Positions 62,893 through 64,000 of a stretch of DNA of 64,000 nt are shown in pieces (the stretch's first letter is position 1; each line of letters opens with the position of its first letter). Source of the DNA: Stegostoma tigrinum (taxonomy: Eukaryota). The notes under the pieces were generated by a model. The model searched no databases. It saw only the letters and a list, made by a program, of their open reading frames with translations, and was not told the origin of the DNA. The position numbers were made by a program, and so were the translations under genes. Where the stretch lies: assembly GCF_030684315.1 (NCBI RefSeq), contig NC_081396.1:558001-622000 (forward strand), given 5' to 3'.

Positions 62893-63190
62893 GATAAAAG
62901 GAACTGCAGATGCTGGAGAATCCAAGATAACAAAGTGTAGAGCTGGATGAACACAGCAGGCCCAGCAGCATCTTAGGAACACAAAAGCTGACGTTTTGGG
63001 CCTAGACCCTGCATCAGAAATGGGAGAGGGGGAGAAGGTTTGAAATAAATAGAGAGAGAGGGGGAGGCGGATTGAAGATGGATAGAGGAGAAGATAGGTG
63101 GAGACAAGAGAGTTGCAGAGGGAGAGAGATCCTCTGAGGTTTGTCCAGAGTGAGGAGGTTAACTTCTTCAGGTTAGGCATCCCTAGAAGA
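62893..63190 (-). mobile_element. Short Penelope-derived insertion
   Basis: 11-bp TSD GGCTTATTAAA (62882-62892, 63191-63201); same internal junction as the 47786 copy. Confidence 0.9.
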
Positions 63191-63585
63191 GGCTTATTAA
63201 AATCTCTGTTCCCTGCCCAGTGCACACTTCCAGACCCAGTGAAGATTTGTCCCTTAGGGAAGCCAGTTTTCGGACTAGATATTACTGCGTGTAACACTGT
63301 TTGCTACATCCCATCATGTCATCTACTTTACTGTCTATTTCATGTTAATTCTATTTAAAACAATGGTAGATAGAATATAATGTGGTGAAATGTGATTGAT
63401 GCTTGTAGGAAGAATAGAGAAACGAAATGCTTCTGTTTAAAATAGTGAAAAATTATTCAAGATTATTGTCCAAGAGACGTTGATTGTATTGGAAAGTTAA
63501 CATGATGCAGTGCCAACAAATAGAACAATAAATGATACATTGCCAGTTAATGCCTGGAAAATTGAGGAACATGAGGAAGTCTTGC

Positions 63586-64000
63586 TGTGAAATTCTATTC
63601 CTATTGTCAGGTTCATTTTTGGAGACCCTCACGGACTTGCTGCAATAACAAGACACTGACCTGTTTAGAAAAACACAAATCCTTTTATTACCAAGCGAGT
63701 ACAAGCTGTGGAGAATCACTGTACTTCACCCGGCACAGAGTGCAGAGTCTCGTAAGTAATTCTCCCCGAGCAGCGGACAGTCCCCTTTTTATACTTTACA
63801 GAAGACATGATACAGAAAACAATTTCACAATTTACAAAAGACATGATTCATGAAACAATTACTACAGCAGACAAAGACAGGATACCAAGCAAGTATTACA
63901 TCAAGAACATAAAAGACCAGGATATAGTATCGATTGCGAGTGAAGTAGCTGCTAATGGCAGGAGGCGATTCCGAGTTGTTGTCCGGGACAGATTCTGATT
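63586..64000 (-). mobile_element. Probable LTR, truncated by the window edge
   Basis: Begins TGTG where an old LINE fragment breaks off; minus-strand AATAAA (63684-63689) and TATAAAA (~63787-63793) in R/U3 order; CpGs retained. Confidence 0.5.

Overview
Eukaryotic, repeat-rich genomic DNA from a cartilaginous fish. HE1-type SINEs, shark CR1 and Penelope families and a shark Ig heavy-chain cluster point to a shark; a carpet shark such as Stegostoma is my inference from the repeat subfamilies. The one clearly recognisable gene is the 5' part of an IgW-type heavy-chain cluster on the minus strand: leader exon (6903-6948), V exon (6461-6782) and J (6033-6080). Its constant exons are presumably beyond the left edge. 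The V carries no 23-RSS of its own. It runs straight into a D-like segment with a 12-RSS facing a 23-RSS J, i.e. a pre-joined VD-J configuration. Upstream lie a compound minisatellite, a 93-bp orphan copy of the leader region and an LTR-like element. The right two-thirds hold an old tandem segmental duplication (about 30.8-38.2 kb vs 47.6-59.2 kb). Each copy has a CpG-island promoter-like core, which shares a ~550-bp, ~98%-identical tract, followed by a decayed coding-like segment with possible DEAD-box motifs. About a dozen Penelope-like insertions occur, many as fold-back palindromes with clean target-site duplications and a minimal hammerhead-ribozyme motif. The rest is decayed LINEs (CR1/L2, Rex1, Tx1), SINEs and tandem repeats. 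Most listed ORFs are spurious or retroelement remnants. I cannot demonstrate a wholly new system. The best leads are the VD-joined IgW gene, the homogenised CpG-island tract and the ribozyme-anchored Penelope fold-backs.
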